A DNA stretch of 63,593 nt, filler included. It is 8 parts of 8 records of this genome, joined end to end, with 100 filler letters (N's around TTAATTAATTAA, not from the genome) between each part and the next. Parts side by side here need not be neighbours in the genome. Positions count along the whole stretch, not along the records: positions 1 to 15,363 come from SRR31156797_5975; positions 15,464 to 22,639 come from SRR31156797_5978; 6 more parts are not named here. One strand, written 5' to 3'. Below the pieces are notes generated by a model. The model saw nothing but the letters and a program-made list of their open reading frames with translations, had not been told where the DNA came from and did not search any database. Shown piece by piece: positions 8,671 to 17,016 of the stretch. Every line of letters starts with the position of its first letter. The stretch's first letter is position 1. The position numbers were made by a program, and so were the translations under genes.

Positions 8671-8680
8671 TGATATCCTT

Positions 8681-8878
8681 TCAACTCCCACTGGAATTGG
8701 CGACATCCCTAAATTTAGTTGCAATGACCTCAAGCTCTTGCTGACACACGAGGAATGCCTGTTCATTGTATGTAAACTCGACCATGTTCGCAGCTTTCAT
8801 CCCATCAATACGGGCCATGATCGCATTCATTTCGGCCACTATCGCCCACATTTGGGCCTGCTGCCTAACTTCTTCCAT
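8681..8878 (-). CDS. Small hypothetical protein
   Basis: 65-aa helical ORF within the leftward gene string. Confidence 0.5.
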   Translation of the reverse strand: MEEVRQQAQMWAIVAEMNAIMARIDGMKAANMVEFTYNEQAFLVCQQELEVIATKFRDVANSSGS

Positions 8879-8977
8879 TTTGGACTCCAGTAAAATCTAA
8901 CGATGAAGCCGACTTGCGTCTCTGCCCTACTTCGCGCGAAGCGACGATCTATCAGGCGTCAAGCCATCGGAAGTGTG

Positions 8978-9298
8978 CTAAAAATTTTGCCTTCCATGAT
9001 CATCTCCTTTTCTTCGGTAAGGGGGCAATAACTGTCCATGTTTGAAATCTTCGTAGATACTCTTTAATTCCGCCCTGTTACCAACATATCCCCCGTTTTC
9101 TCCCAAGAAAACGCATGCTTCGATATAAGCGTCAAATTGCTTTTTGTTTTTCCCGAAATAAAAAGACGCACCGCGTGGTTTTCCGTTGGCGTCTTTGTAA
9201 TTTACACAGTATCGGGACAGCCTATACCCACGGCCATTTGTTGTTGTCCCGATACTGAGCATCGGGATGCCAGTTACGTTGTGCCTTCGAGCTATCAT
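8978..9298 (-). CDS. Hypothetical protein, possible AP2-like DNA-binding domain
   Basis: NVTG...Y.V.Y...GK.R..SF.FG....AY..A pattern; overlaps the upstream gene by 4 nt. Confidence 0.45.
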   Translation of the reverse strand: MIARRHNVTGIPMLSIGTTTNGRGYRLSRYCVNYKDANGKPRGASFYFGKNKKQFDAYIEACVFLGENGGYVGNRAELKSIYEDFKHGQLLPPYRRKGDDHGRQNF

Positions 9299-9759
9299 TG
9301 CCTGATTGCCAAAAATTGGAAGTACCCTACGTCGCCATCGGCAGAAAGAACAGCCATACCGTCTTTCTGTTTCTTTAAATTACGCCGATATGGAACTTGG
9401 GAAGTAGTTACATGCCAAACGGATCGAGGAGAATTAGAATCCCAAATAAACCCGCCTGATCGGTTAGACATATGCCAATTATTTGCTTCAAAGATATGCG
9501 GTTCAATTTCAACCGGTTCATCTAGTGCTGATTTTTCCAGGTATTCTTGTATCTCTGACCAGAAATGCATCACCATGGCCGGTTTTTTTATCCGTTTTGT
9601 TTGAACAAACGGCCCCCAATGTCCATTTCGACATTTTGTCGGCCATGGCCCTTTTTCCGGAATTGGCCGTAAATCGAACCCGCAATCCCGACATTTTAGC
9701 TGTTTTTGGGCATTTAAACGTATATCCTCCCCTTCTGTTACATATAACTTGAGTTCCAT
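9295..9759 (-). CDS. Hypothetical protein with a zinc-ribbon-like motif
   Basis: CRDC...CRNGH. Confidence 0.55.
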   Translation of the reverse strand: MELKLYVTEGEDIRLNAQKQLKCRDCGFDLRPIPEKGPWPTKCRNGHWGPFVQTKRIKKPAMVMHFWSEIQEYLEKSALDEPVEIEPHIFEANNWHMSNRSGGFIWDSNSPRSVWHVTTSQVPYRRNLKKQKDGMAVLSADGDVGYFQFLAIRQ

Positions 9760-9956
9760 GATGTTTCCTCTGTGATGGTAAGCTCCTCGGCAACCCCTGT
9801 TACCGAATCTTGCCGTAAAAATGTCGCTGGAAATTGAGTTTCGAGCACGTTTGGAAGGGCTCTGACATATTTTGCAGCCGCGTTGAAAGTTTTAAATTCT
9901 AAAGGCTCCTCAAAACATGTCTTTTTTTTGCCGTTCTGGTTTATTAAGTAAAACAT
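9738..9956 (-). CDS. Small hypothetical protein
   Basis: Strong GAGGAAGGGG RBS; 72 aa. Confidence 0.55.
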   Translation of the reverse strand: MFYLINQNGKKKTCFEEPLEFKTFNAAAKYVRALPNVLETQFPATFLRQDSVTGVAEELTITEETSWNSSYM

Positions 9957-10114
9957 ATCCCCTTCCTCCTTTTCATGCCCATTTACATACTTTGTCGAAT
10001 TCGATGCTTCTCATTTTCAGTGTGTCACCGGATGTCGTTTTCATATGGACAAGCCCGGGTTCATCATCATCCCTCCTTCCCCACAACCGGCCGTAACCGG
10101 GATTGGGATTGGCA

Positions 10115-10393
10115 TTAATAAGATATGGCATAGTCTACAAAACCAATGTCTGGTTCAATTTGTATCCGACGAAACCCCCAGTCACCGCATTCAAAATGGT
10201 ACAATTCATTTCCACCTTTATAGCGAGTAACGCGAATCTCTTTATTGCTTTTAGCCGACAAGTTTTCATTTACTCGGGCCATGATTAATTCTGACGCCAT
10301 GTCTACCGTGTCGGCATCAGCCCCTAGAGAGAAGAGGCAATTTAAGTAATATTGTCTTGTTTGATTTTTCCTGAAAAACCCGCCGTTTTCCAA
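10115..10393 (-). CDS. Hypothetical protein
   Basis: GGGAGGG RBS; first gene of the leftward string; start uncertain. Confidence 0.45.
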   Translation of the reverse strand: MENGGFFRKNQTRQYYLNCLFSLGADADTVDMASELIMARVNENLSAKSNKEIRVTRYKGGNELYHFECGDWGFRRIQIEPDIGFVDYAISY

Positions 10394-10741
10394 CTGCCAT
10401 CCCTCCCTCTCGGTTATACTCTATCCCCCTGCGCTGTTGGTTCCCAATATAGTAAAGCCGCTTACATTATACAACCATCTAAAAAGTCTATATATCATGT
10501 TATGCTACTATATAGTCTTTCATGCTCAATATTTCGCCTATAATCATACTCTATCTTACATTTTCATAGTATTTCGGAATTTATACTATCCCCCCACCGA
10601 AAAAATCCACATACAGCGTATCTACCGCATATCCCCTATGTGGGTTAAATTGACTTTCATTCTATTTGTTTTTGCCTTTATCCTTCACACTACAAAAGTT
10701 TTTATCTCTTTAATGAAAACTACCCATTGTGGAGGAAAACA

Positions 10742-12343
10742 ATGTCAATCGAAGCGTACAAAAAACGAGTTTCAAACATCAGCGAAAACGCCACGGCCAT
10801 GCGTAAGGCCCTTGTGGAACCCATCCTGGAAGATGATAGAAGCGGATTCATTACAGACGAAAAGAGATTTTCCGAGGGTATTGACAATGCGGTGGAGGGG
10901 AGCTTGTTCGAATCCATCGGCCAGGGCAAGGGGACCGTTGCCCGGGTGGCTGCAAATTCCATGATTCCGTATTTCAGGCAATACGGCGAACTTCCCAGTG
11001 ACGAAATGCTTGCCAGTGTTTTTGAGTCAATCAAAAACGGTATCGGTATTTCGCAGGGCCAGGGACCGGATAACATGGTGCTGGAAGCGGCCAACATGGA
11101 AACCACCGAGGGAGTGTTGATGCGCGACAGGATGATCGCCCTAATCCTGCCCGTTACTCTCATGTCCATTACGTCCCGAATGACATCCCATATCCCTGGC
11201 ACCTACAACCAGAGTGAGATTTTCAAAGTTTACCGGGTTGCCGGCAGCACTTTCGGCGATCTTACCGAGGGTGACATCATTGACCACACTTTCAATGGCC
11301 AGTATGCCGCCATGGATCAGCGGCACCTGGCGGGTACGGCATCTTCCGAAGCAACCCCGACCGTAACCGGTGATTTCGAGTTCGATTCAAATACCAAGTT
11401 CGGTGGAGTCTATCCCATGAAAAAGAAGTCCATCAAAATCTATCACGACCACAATCTTGTGGCGGTGGATGATGGCGCGGGCGCCCTGCATGGTTCTTTC
11501 CTGGTCGGTGAAACAACCGTAACGGTAACCGGAACCGTGAACTACCTTACCGGTAATATCGACCCCATTTTCAGTGCAGGCCCGGCCGATGGCATCACCA
11601 TCCATGTCGGTTTTGATGTCAATATTGAAAAGGACCCGACCCTGATTCCCGTAATCAACCATGAAATGGATTCGCGGGTTGTGTATCCCCACGAGAACGC
11701 AATCTCCGCCAGCACCACGCTTCAAGCTTTGTGGGCACTCAGGCGTGAGTTTTCCATGGATGCGGATTCCATGGCCATGGCAACCATGCGGAATGTTCTG
11801 GCCGCCGACCGTGACCGCAAAATCCTCCATGATCTCTACTTTTTCGCGAAAGGGGAACGTGCATGGTCCATGGTAGTTCCAGGAGATCAGTATTTCCAGG
11901 AACATTATGAAACCCTGAGACAGACGCTCCTGGAAATTGATTCGGTTCTGATGTACCGAACCGGAACCAGCGGGCTTGTGGGTATCGTCGCGGACTCCAA
12001 AAGCGCAACCGTTATGAAATCCATGAAATCCCCGCATTTCACCCCCGCGCCCGGATACCGCAACAACATCCCGCAACCCCATTATGTGGGGAAGTTGTTC
12101 GGCATGTGGGACCTCTATGAAGACCCCCAGAAATCCGATTACTCGTGTCTCTGCTTTGCCAAAGGCCGCGGCATTGGTGAAGCGGGCTACGTGGTGGGCG
12201 ATGCCATTCCTCCGATGGCTTTCAAGCACGGCGTTCAGAACGATCTGATTTACCGGAATACGCTTTGGGGCCAGGCCTACAGGGACTTGCAGCCATTTGA
12301 CGGCCGCGAGTATTTCATGAACCTGGAAATCGAAACATCCTAA
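10742..12343 (+). CDS. Major capsid protein (P1 gp23-like)
   Basis: 533 aa, GGAGG RBS, directly upstream of the sheath gene; sequence (LILPVTL, AGSTFG, P.HYVGKLFG, AGYVVGDAIP) resembles P1 gp23. Confidence 0.82.
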   Translation: MSIEAYKKRVSNISENATAMRKALVEPILEDDRSGFITDEKRFSEGIDNAVEGSLFESIGQGKGTVARVAANSMIPYFRQYGELPSDEMLASVFESIKNGIGISQGQGPDNMVLEAANMETTEGVLMRDRMIALILPVTLMSITSRMTSHIPGTYNQSEIFKVYRVAGSTFGDLTEGDIIDHTFNGQYAAMDQRHLAGTASSEATPTVTGDFEFDSNTKFGGVYPMKKKSIKIYHDHNLVAVDDGAGALHGSFLVGETTVTVTGTVNYLTGNIDPIFSAGPADGITIHVGFDVNIEKDPTLIPVINHEMDSRVVYPHENAISASTTLQALWALRREFSMDADSMAMATMRNVLAADRDRKILHDLYFFAKGERAWSMVVPGDQYFQEHYETLRQTLLEIDSVLMYRTGTSGLVGIVADSKSATVMKSMKSPHFTPAPGYRNNIPQPHYVGKLFGMWDLYEDPQKSDYSCLCFAKGRGIGEAGYVVGDAIPPMAFKHGVQNDLIYRNTLWGQAYRDLQPFDGREYFMNLEIETS

Positions 12344-12359
12344 TCCTACTTATCCCTTT

Positions 12360-12381
12360 GACCCTATCCCCGGATAGGGTC
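12360..12381 (+). other. Stem-loop after the capsid gene, no U-tract
   Basis: GACCCTATCC-CC-GGATAGGGTC perfect 10-bp inverted repeat. Confidence 0.6.
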
Positions 12382-12406
12382 CCCCACCCTTAAATGGGAG
12401 AACGAC

Positions 12407-12709
12407 ATGGCAAAACTGGAAGTCAAAAACAATGGATGCGCGGAAGTTGCTTACGCGGATATTTACGGGAAAGCTTTGATCTTTCCCGGTGAGTCCACGA
12501 TAGACATGCCGGATAAATCCGTAAAACCATTGATTGAAACAATGAAAAGGCGGGCGCCTTATGTGTTCATCAAGTTGATTGTGGATGATGTCCCCAAACC
12601 GGCGCCGAAAAAGAAAACCTCGAAAAAGAAATCCTCGAAAAAACCGAAACAGCCGGCGGGGAAAGCCGCGGCTGAACAGAAAAAACCATCAATTGATGGA
12701 GGCAAATAA
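12407..12709 (+). CDS. Small virion-region protein with Lys-rich tail
   Basis: GGGAG RBS, stop overlaps the sheath start; PAPKKKTSKKKSSKK encoded by a 15-nt tandem repeat at 12606-12643. Confidence 0.65.
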   Translation: MAKLEVKNNGCAEVAYADIYGKALIFPGESTIDMPDKSVKPLIETMKRRAPYVFIKLIVDDVPKPAPKKKTSKKKSSKKPKQPAGKAAAEQKKPSIDGGK

Positions 12710-14565
12710 TGAAAAATACGATCACAAATGCTGCGGATATTTCGGTCCTTGATCTGATTGATCAAACGTATAAGACCGGCGGAGGCCCTACCACGGTAGG
12801 CGCAACCGTTATCCAGGCAAGCAAAGGCCCAGTGGGTGAAGCCGTCCAGGTTACGGCGGCCAATTGGGATGACATATTCGGAAACCCGTACCCCGCGAAA
12901 GTCGGGCAGAAAATGGAAGGATTGCGGCATGTCCACGATGCGGTGCAGAATTGCGCTTGGGTCAATGTCGTAAGGGTAGTAGCGGAAGACGCCCGTTTCC
13001 CGTCCATTTCCCTCAAGCACATCGACGATAAGGACGCTTGGGCGGATGAAACGGCCTATGTGGCCAATGATGTGGTGTCGGTTGCTGATGGTAGCCTGAT
13101 CTGTATTTTGGCGCATACTTCGGAAACGCCTGCCCCCACCGTAGCGTCCCCCGGGACAAATTGGGCCGCTTACACGACCCCGTTTGTAAAAGACGGTCAT
13201 GCTTTCGGAACCACTCTGTCACTGGGAACCGGATTTATGGTTCAGGTCTGGCCTGTTGATGGCGATGAAAGCGCAAATCGGTCGTTTGAGATCGAGAAGA
13301 TCCTTGATCACAAGGGCGCCTGGGTTACTGAAACGGTTTACGCGGAAAACGATGTGGTAACGATTTCCGGGTCTGAATATGTTTGTCGAAACGCTCATAC
13401 GGCGGGTGGAACAACCCCGACCCCGGCGACCGATGCGAATTGGCGGGCGATTACGGCCCAGGATAAGCGATTCCGGATCAATTTCTATGACAAGACCGTG
13501 GCCGGGGAAGAGTACGTCCTTGAAACCTATGTTGTGGGCATCGTGGAAACGGATACCGATGACATGGGCAGGCCTGCGTTCATTGAATCGGTTCTGGAGC
13601 AGCAGAGCGACCGTTTCAGGTGTGACCTTGGTGTTGGTCTGACATGGGCGGGAATTCAAGACACCTTGGATGTCGGGACGAAAACGGCCTTTACCGGCGG
13701 AACCATCGGCGGTGACCCGGTAACCCAGGACTACATTGACGCCTGGGATGTCTTCAGGAATGAATCCATTCCGTGTTTCCTCCTTTTTGCGGCCGGTAAT
13801 TATGATGAATCGGTGCTGTCAAACTGTATCGACATCGCGTCCGACCGACATATCTCCTTTTTCTTCGATGTCCCCTATTACCTGGATGAAGACTCGGCCC
13901 TTGCATGGCTGAAATCAACATCCCTTTCCGGCAGGCAGGCGGCCGCCTATTACTGTCCGTACAGTGCGATTGACGAATGGTACGGCAGTCAAACGGCATG
14001 GGGTGTTTCCGGCGCGGTGGCGGCGGCATGTGCCAAAGGCGATGCCAATTTCACAGGGTCCACACCGGGAATCCATTATTCGCCCGCCGGCGTCAACCGT
14101 GGGCGCCTGGATCGCGTGGGTGTAAAGCCCCTTTTCCCGGCCGATGCAATCAACCGTGACGATTTCTACAGCGCCCGCATTAACCCCGTTATCGCAGGGG
14201 AAGACGGCGGTCTGGTCATCGATGATTCCTTGACCGTGCATTTTCAGCAAAATTATTCCCGTTTCGTATGGGTCAACCGGATTGCCAATTACATCGATTA
14301 CCGCTTTGTCGAGCTGGCGAACCAGTTCAAGCACGAACCGGACGGCATTACCTACCGGGGTCTGACGAAAGGGATCAAGGCCATTCTGGATGAATTGGTG
14401 ACCTCCGAAGCCCTTTCCTCTCCGCGTGAACCGGATATTGACGGGGAAAGCCCCTATCAGTTCACGGTTACCCAGCAAGAAATTGATCTGTGGATGGTCG
14501 AGTGGTCTTTTTGTCCCACCGGTTCCGCCAGGCGCATTGCCGGTCAACCGAAACTGATCAAGTAA
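12709..14565 (+). CDS. Contractile tail sheath protein (P1 gp22-like)
   Basis: ASKGPV, NVVRVV, FTGG, HYSPAG..RG, RINPV, C-terminal CPTGSARRI sheath motifs. Confidence 0.9.
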   Translation: MKNTITNAADISVLDLIDQTYKTGGGPTTVGATVIQASKGPVGEAVQVTAANWDDIFGNPYPAKVGQKMEGLRHVHDAVQNCAWVNVVRVVAEDARFPSISLKHIDDKDAWADETAYVANDVVSVADGSLICILAHTSETPAPTVASPGTNWAAYTTPFVKDGHAFGTTLSLGTGFMVQVWPVDGDESANRSFEIEKILDHKGAWVTETVYAENDVVTISGSEYVCRNAHTAGGTTPTPATDANWRAITAQDKRFRINFYDKTVAGEEYVLETYVVGIVETDTDDMGRPAFIESVLEQQSDRFRCDLGVGLTWAGIQDTLDVGTKTAFTGGTIGGDPVTQDYIDAWDVFRNESIPCFLLFAAGNYDESVLSNCIDIASDRHISFFFDVPYYLDEDSALAWLKSTSLSGRQAAAYYCPYSAIDEWYGSQTAWGVSGAVAAACAKGDANFTGSTPGIHYSPAGVNRGRLDRVGVKPLFPADAINRDDFYSARINPVIAGEDGGLVIDDSLTVHFQQNYSRFVWVNRIANYIDYRFVELANQFKHEPDGITYRGLTKGIKAILDELVTSEALSSPREPDIDGESPYQFTVTQQEIDLWMVEWSFCPTGSARRIAGQPKLIK

Positions 14566-14578
14566 AAGGAGTTCAAGT

Positions 14579-15244
14579 ATGGATTCTCAGAATCTTATTG
14601 GAGGGATCGATGTTTTCGGGGAACCCTTTAATTATATGAAGGACCCGGAACCTGAATTGGTTTTTGAGGCGGCCACGCCGGAAAAGATCGCTGATTTTGC
14701 AGCCATGCAGGCCAGGGCGCAGGGGATGTCTTGCGCCCTGGTTTGGCTGTCAGATCATGATTTCACTTATGCCGCCCTGGAGACCCTTGTGGTTGGCATG
14801 GCGGATCTGGATGGTGATCAGAACATTTCCGATGAGGAACAGGATGTTTATAACGACATCCTTCAGGCGGCCGGTGCCGCTTTGGTGAAGCTGGGCGGGA
14901 ATAAAGAGAACGTCCAGGCCTTCATTGATGATGAGGATGATGGCGCCGGGAATAAACTCGGGGCTTATCTGTCCGGAAAAATGGATGGCATTGAGGATGA
15001 TGACGATGACCTCGTGGCAAACTTCGCGGTATCGGATGACAGCATCCTCGAAGCGGCCTATCGGCGTGTAAAAAGGATCGAAAACGGCCGGGTGGTTTTC
15101 AAAAAGAAACGGATCGGGAAACCCAAACGCCTATCTGCCAAACAGCGTGCGGCCCTTAAAAAAGCCCGCAGGAAAGCCAATACCGGCGCGGCCAAAAAAG
15201 CACGGCAAAAGGCCATGCGCATGCGTAAAGCCCGGGGGATGTAA
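14579..15244 (+). CDS. P1 gp21-like virion protein
   Basis: Very acidic body and very basic C-terminus (RLSAKQRAALKKARRKANTGAAKKARQKAMRMR); follows the sheath gene as in P1. Confidence 0.75.
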   Translation: MDSQNLIGGIDVFGEPFNYMKDPEPELVFEAATPEKIADFAAMQARAQGMSCALVWLSDHDFTYAALETLVVGMADLDGDQNISDEEQDVYNDILQAAGAALVKLGGNKENVQAFIDDEDDGAGNKLGAYLSGKMDGIEDDDDDLVANFAVSDDSILEAAYRRVKRIENGRVVFKKKRIGKPKRLSAKQRAALKKARRKANTGAAKKARQKAMRMRKARGM

Positions 15245-15363
15245 TGAGTGACTGGGGAAACAGAGACCCCGATTTGAACAAAAGCTTACTGTGCGTCATC
15301 CAAGGCGAATCTGATCTTGTGTGTGCCGCCATAGGCGAAGGGTCCACCCTGGAAATCGTCGCC
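15244..15363 (+). CDS. Probable PmgG-like morphogenesis protein, truncated by contig end
   Basis: TAATG overlap with the gp21-like gene; MSDWGNRDPD...AIGEGSTLEI open to the contig end; call rests mostly on synteny. Confidence 0.45.
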
Positions 15364-15463
15364 NNNNNNNNNNNNNNNNNNNNNNNNNNNNNNNNNNNNN
15401 NNNNNNNTTAATTAATTAANNNNNNNNNNNNNNNNNNNNNNNNNNNNNNNNNNNNNNNNNNNN
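15364..15463. other. Artificial contig linker
   Basis: N-run with TTAATTAATTAA (stops in six frames). Confidence 0.98.
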
Positions 15464-15534
15464 TAATCAAACCCAAAAATATCGGGAGATCCCTAATTCA
15501 CATTGCGGATATCAATAAGGATTTATTAAATACA

Positions 15535-15567
15535 AAAAAAGCCTTACAGAAAATCTGTAAGGCTTTT
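15535..15567 (-). terminator. Rho-independent terminator after the tRNA
   Basis: AAAGCCTTACAGA-AAA-TCTGTAAGGCTTT. Confidence 0.75.
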
Positions 15568-15571
15568 AAAG

Positions 15572-15645
15572 TACCGAGAGGCGGGCTTGAACCGCCGACC
15601 TCAGGATTATGAATCCTGCGCTCTAACCAGCTGAGCTACCTCGGC
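15572..15645 (-). tRNA. tRNA with CAT anticodon (probably elongator Met)
   Basis: Reverse complement folds as a cloverleaf: GCCGAGG acceptor, AGCTGGTTAG D-loop, CAGGA-TTCATAA-TCCTG anticodon arm, GGTTCAAG T-loop; CCA not encoded. Confidence 0.95.
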
Positions 15646-15899
15646 ATTTGCTTAAACATGGTATCAAACAGTCGATACTTGTTTTGTTTTTGCGGATGCA
15701 AATGTATGCGAATATTTATGATTTACCAACTAATGAGGTTGTTTTTTTTAATGTTTTTCAATCAACACCCCTCATACCACTACCCTTCAATAACTTACAA
15801 ACTGTAAAAAATTATAAATATATCCATTCTAAATAAAGCATTGATATTTTTTTAATTGGGTTGTAACTTGTTTTGCATTTCAGGCGTCAAACAGAGTAG

Positions 15900-16475
15900 A
15901 TGAATAAGCTAGGCGATAAAATAATTATAAAACAGGTAAACCAAGGTGATGTGGCAGCCTATGCTATATTGGTGAAACGTTATCAACAAATGGCCTATAC
16001 ATTAGCCTTAAGTATTACCAAAAATAAAGAAGATGCCGAAGAGGTGGCTCAAGACGCCTTTGTAAAAGCTTATAAAAATTTGTCGACTTTTAAAGGAAAA
16101 TCAAAATTTAGCACCTGGCTATACCAAATTGTTTACCGAACCGCTTTAAGTAAAATACGAATTCAAAAACACCATACACAAGAGATTGATGATAAGGTGA
16201 TGAATAATGATTTACTTAAAGAAAATCAACCTAATAATCTGGAACAACTAGATCGAAAACTGATTATTCGTGTGGCTATTGAACAGTTAAAAGAAGATGA
16301 ATCGTTTTTGCTTATTCTGTATTATTATGAAGAATTAACCGTGGATGAAATTGCCGACAGTACAGGTTTATCTGAAAGTAATGTGAAGGTAAAATTACAC
16401 CGGGCAAGAAAAAACATGCACGACCAACTTCTGACCATGCTGAATGGGAAAGCTAAAACATTAATACAACTGTGA
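15900..16475 (+). CDS. ECF RNA polymerase sigma-70 factor
   Basis: DAEEVAQDAFVKAY, FSTWLYQI, region 4 HTH ending VKVKLHRAR. Confidence 0.93.
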   Translation: MNKLGDKIIIKQVNQGDVAAYAILVKRYQQMAYTLALSITKNKEDAEEVAQDAFVKAYKNLSTFKGKSKFSTWLYQIVYRTALSKIRIQKHHTQEIDDKVMNNDLLKENQPNNLEQLDRKLIIRVAIEQLKEDESFLLILYYYEELTVDEIADSTGLSESNVKVKLHRARKNMHDQLLTMLNGKAKTLIQL

Positions 16476-16903
16476 TGGATAATAAAGACAAGCATATAAA
16501 TAAGGATGAAGAGCAACTCATAAAGGATCTTTTTGAAGGATATGAACCCTCAGAACCTTCAAAGGATTTTACTAAGCTGACCATGGATAAAGTATTGCAT
16601 GAATGGTCGAGCCAGCCCATTAAAAACAATATAAAAATAAGTACTTCTAATAAGGTATGGATTATTGTTGCTGCATGTCTCGCAGCTCTATTAGTTTACT
16701 TTTTCGATTTTAAAAACATAGCCGATGAAACAGCTCTAGCCAGCAGTTTTAACGTGGTTAATTTGCGTGAAACCATGCACCAGTTACTTCGGTCTGTTTG
16801 TGTTGGTTTTGAAAAGATACCATCCATATTGTATGTGATAGTACTTGGGGTTTCTGCTTTACTTATTCTAGATAAAACCATTCAAAAAACCGTTAAATCA
16901 TAA
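16472..16903 (+). CDS. Putative membrane anti-sigma factor
   Basis: Overlaps the sigma gene; PSKDFT..M motif; two TM helices. Confidence 0.65.
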   Translation: MMDNKDKHINKDEEQLIKDLFEGYEPSEPSKDFTKLTMDKVLHEWSSQPIKNNIKISTSNKVWIIVAACLAALLVYFFDFKNIADETALASSFNVVNLRETMHQLLRSVCVGFEKIPSILYVIVLGVSALLILDKTIQKTVKS

Positions 16904-17016
16904 CCAATAGATCGATGGACTATTGACAAAAGATATGAGATTTATTTACATGATACTCAATACAAATAATCCCGTCTTTATCTATAGTTTATAAAACCTT
17001 TGTGAACGATTCATTG

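Larger units (their letters stand above)
1..15363. mobile_element. Fragment of a P1-like (Punavirus-type) myovirus or phage-plasmid
   Basis: Major capsid, tail sheath, baseplate hub and spike genes, Bro-N antirepressor and C4-type RNA; gene order matches P1 25-7-24-6-5 ... 23-22-21 as I recall it; both ends are contig or window ends. Confidence 0.88.

Noticed and set aside
10437-10964. 175-aa ORF across the capsid promoter region
   Set aside because: AT-rich low-complexity translation, no RBS, overlaps the capsid gene out of frame
11387-14547. Long antisense ORFs (280, 213, 210 aa) in the capsid and sheath genes
   Set aside because: Shadow frames of strongly supported plus-strand genes
2227-14565. 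Type VI secretion or extracellular contractile injection system
   Set aside because: A major capsid gene, antirepressor and C4 RNA indicate a real phage; no T6SS membrane complex or eCIS ATPase is seen
15364-15463. TTAATTAATTAA as a biological repeat, and ORFs running into X-runs
   Set aside because: Artificial linker identical at all seven junctions
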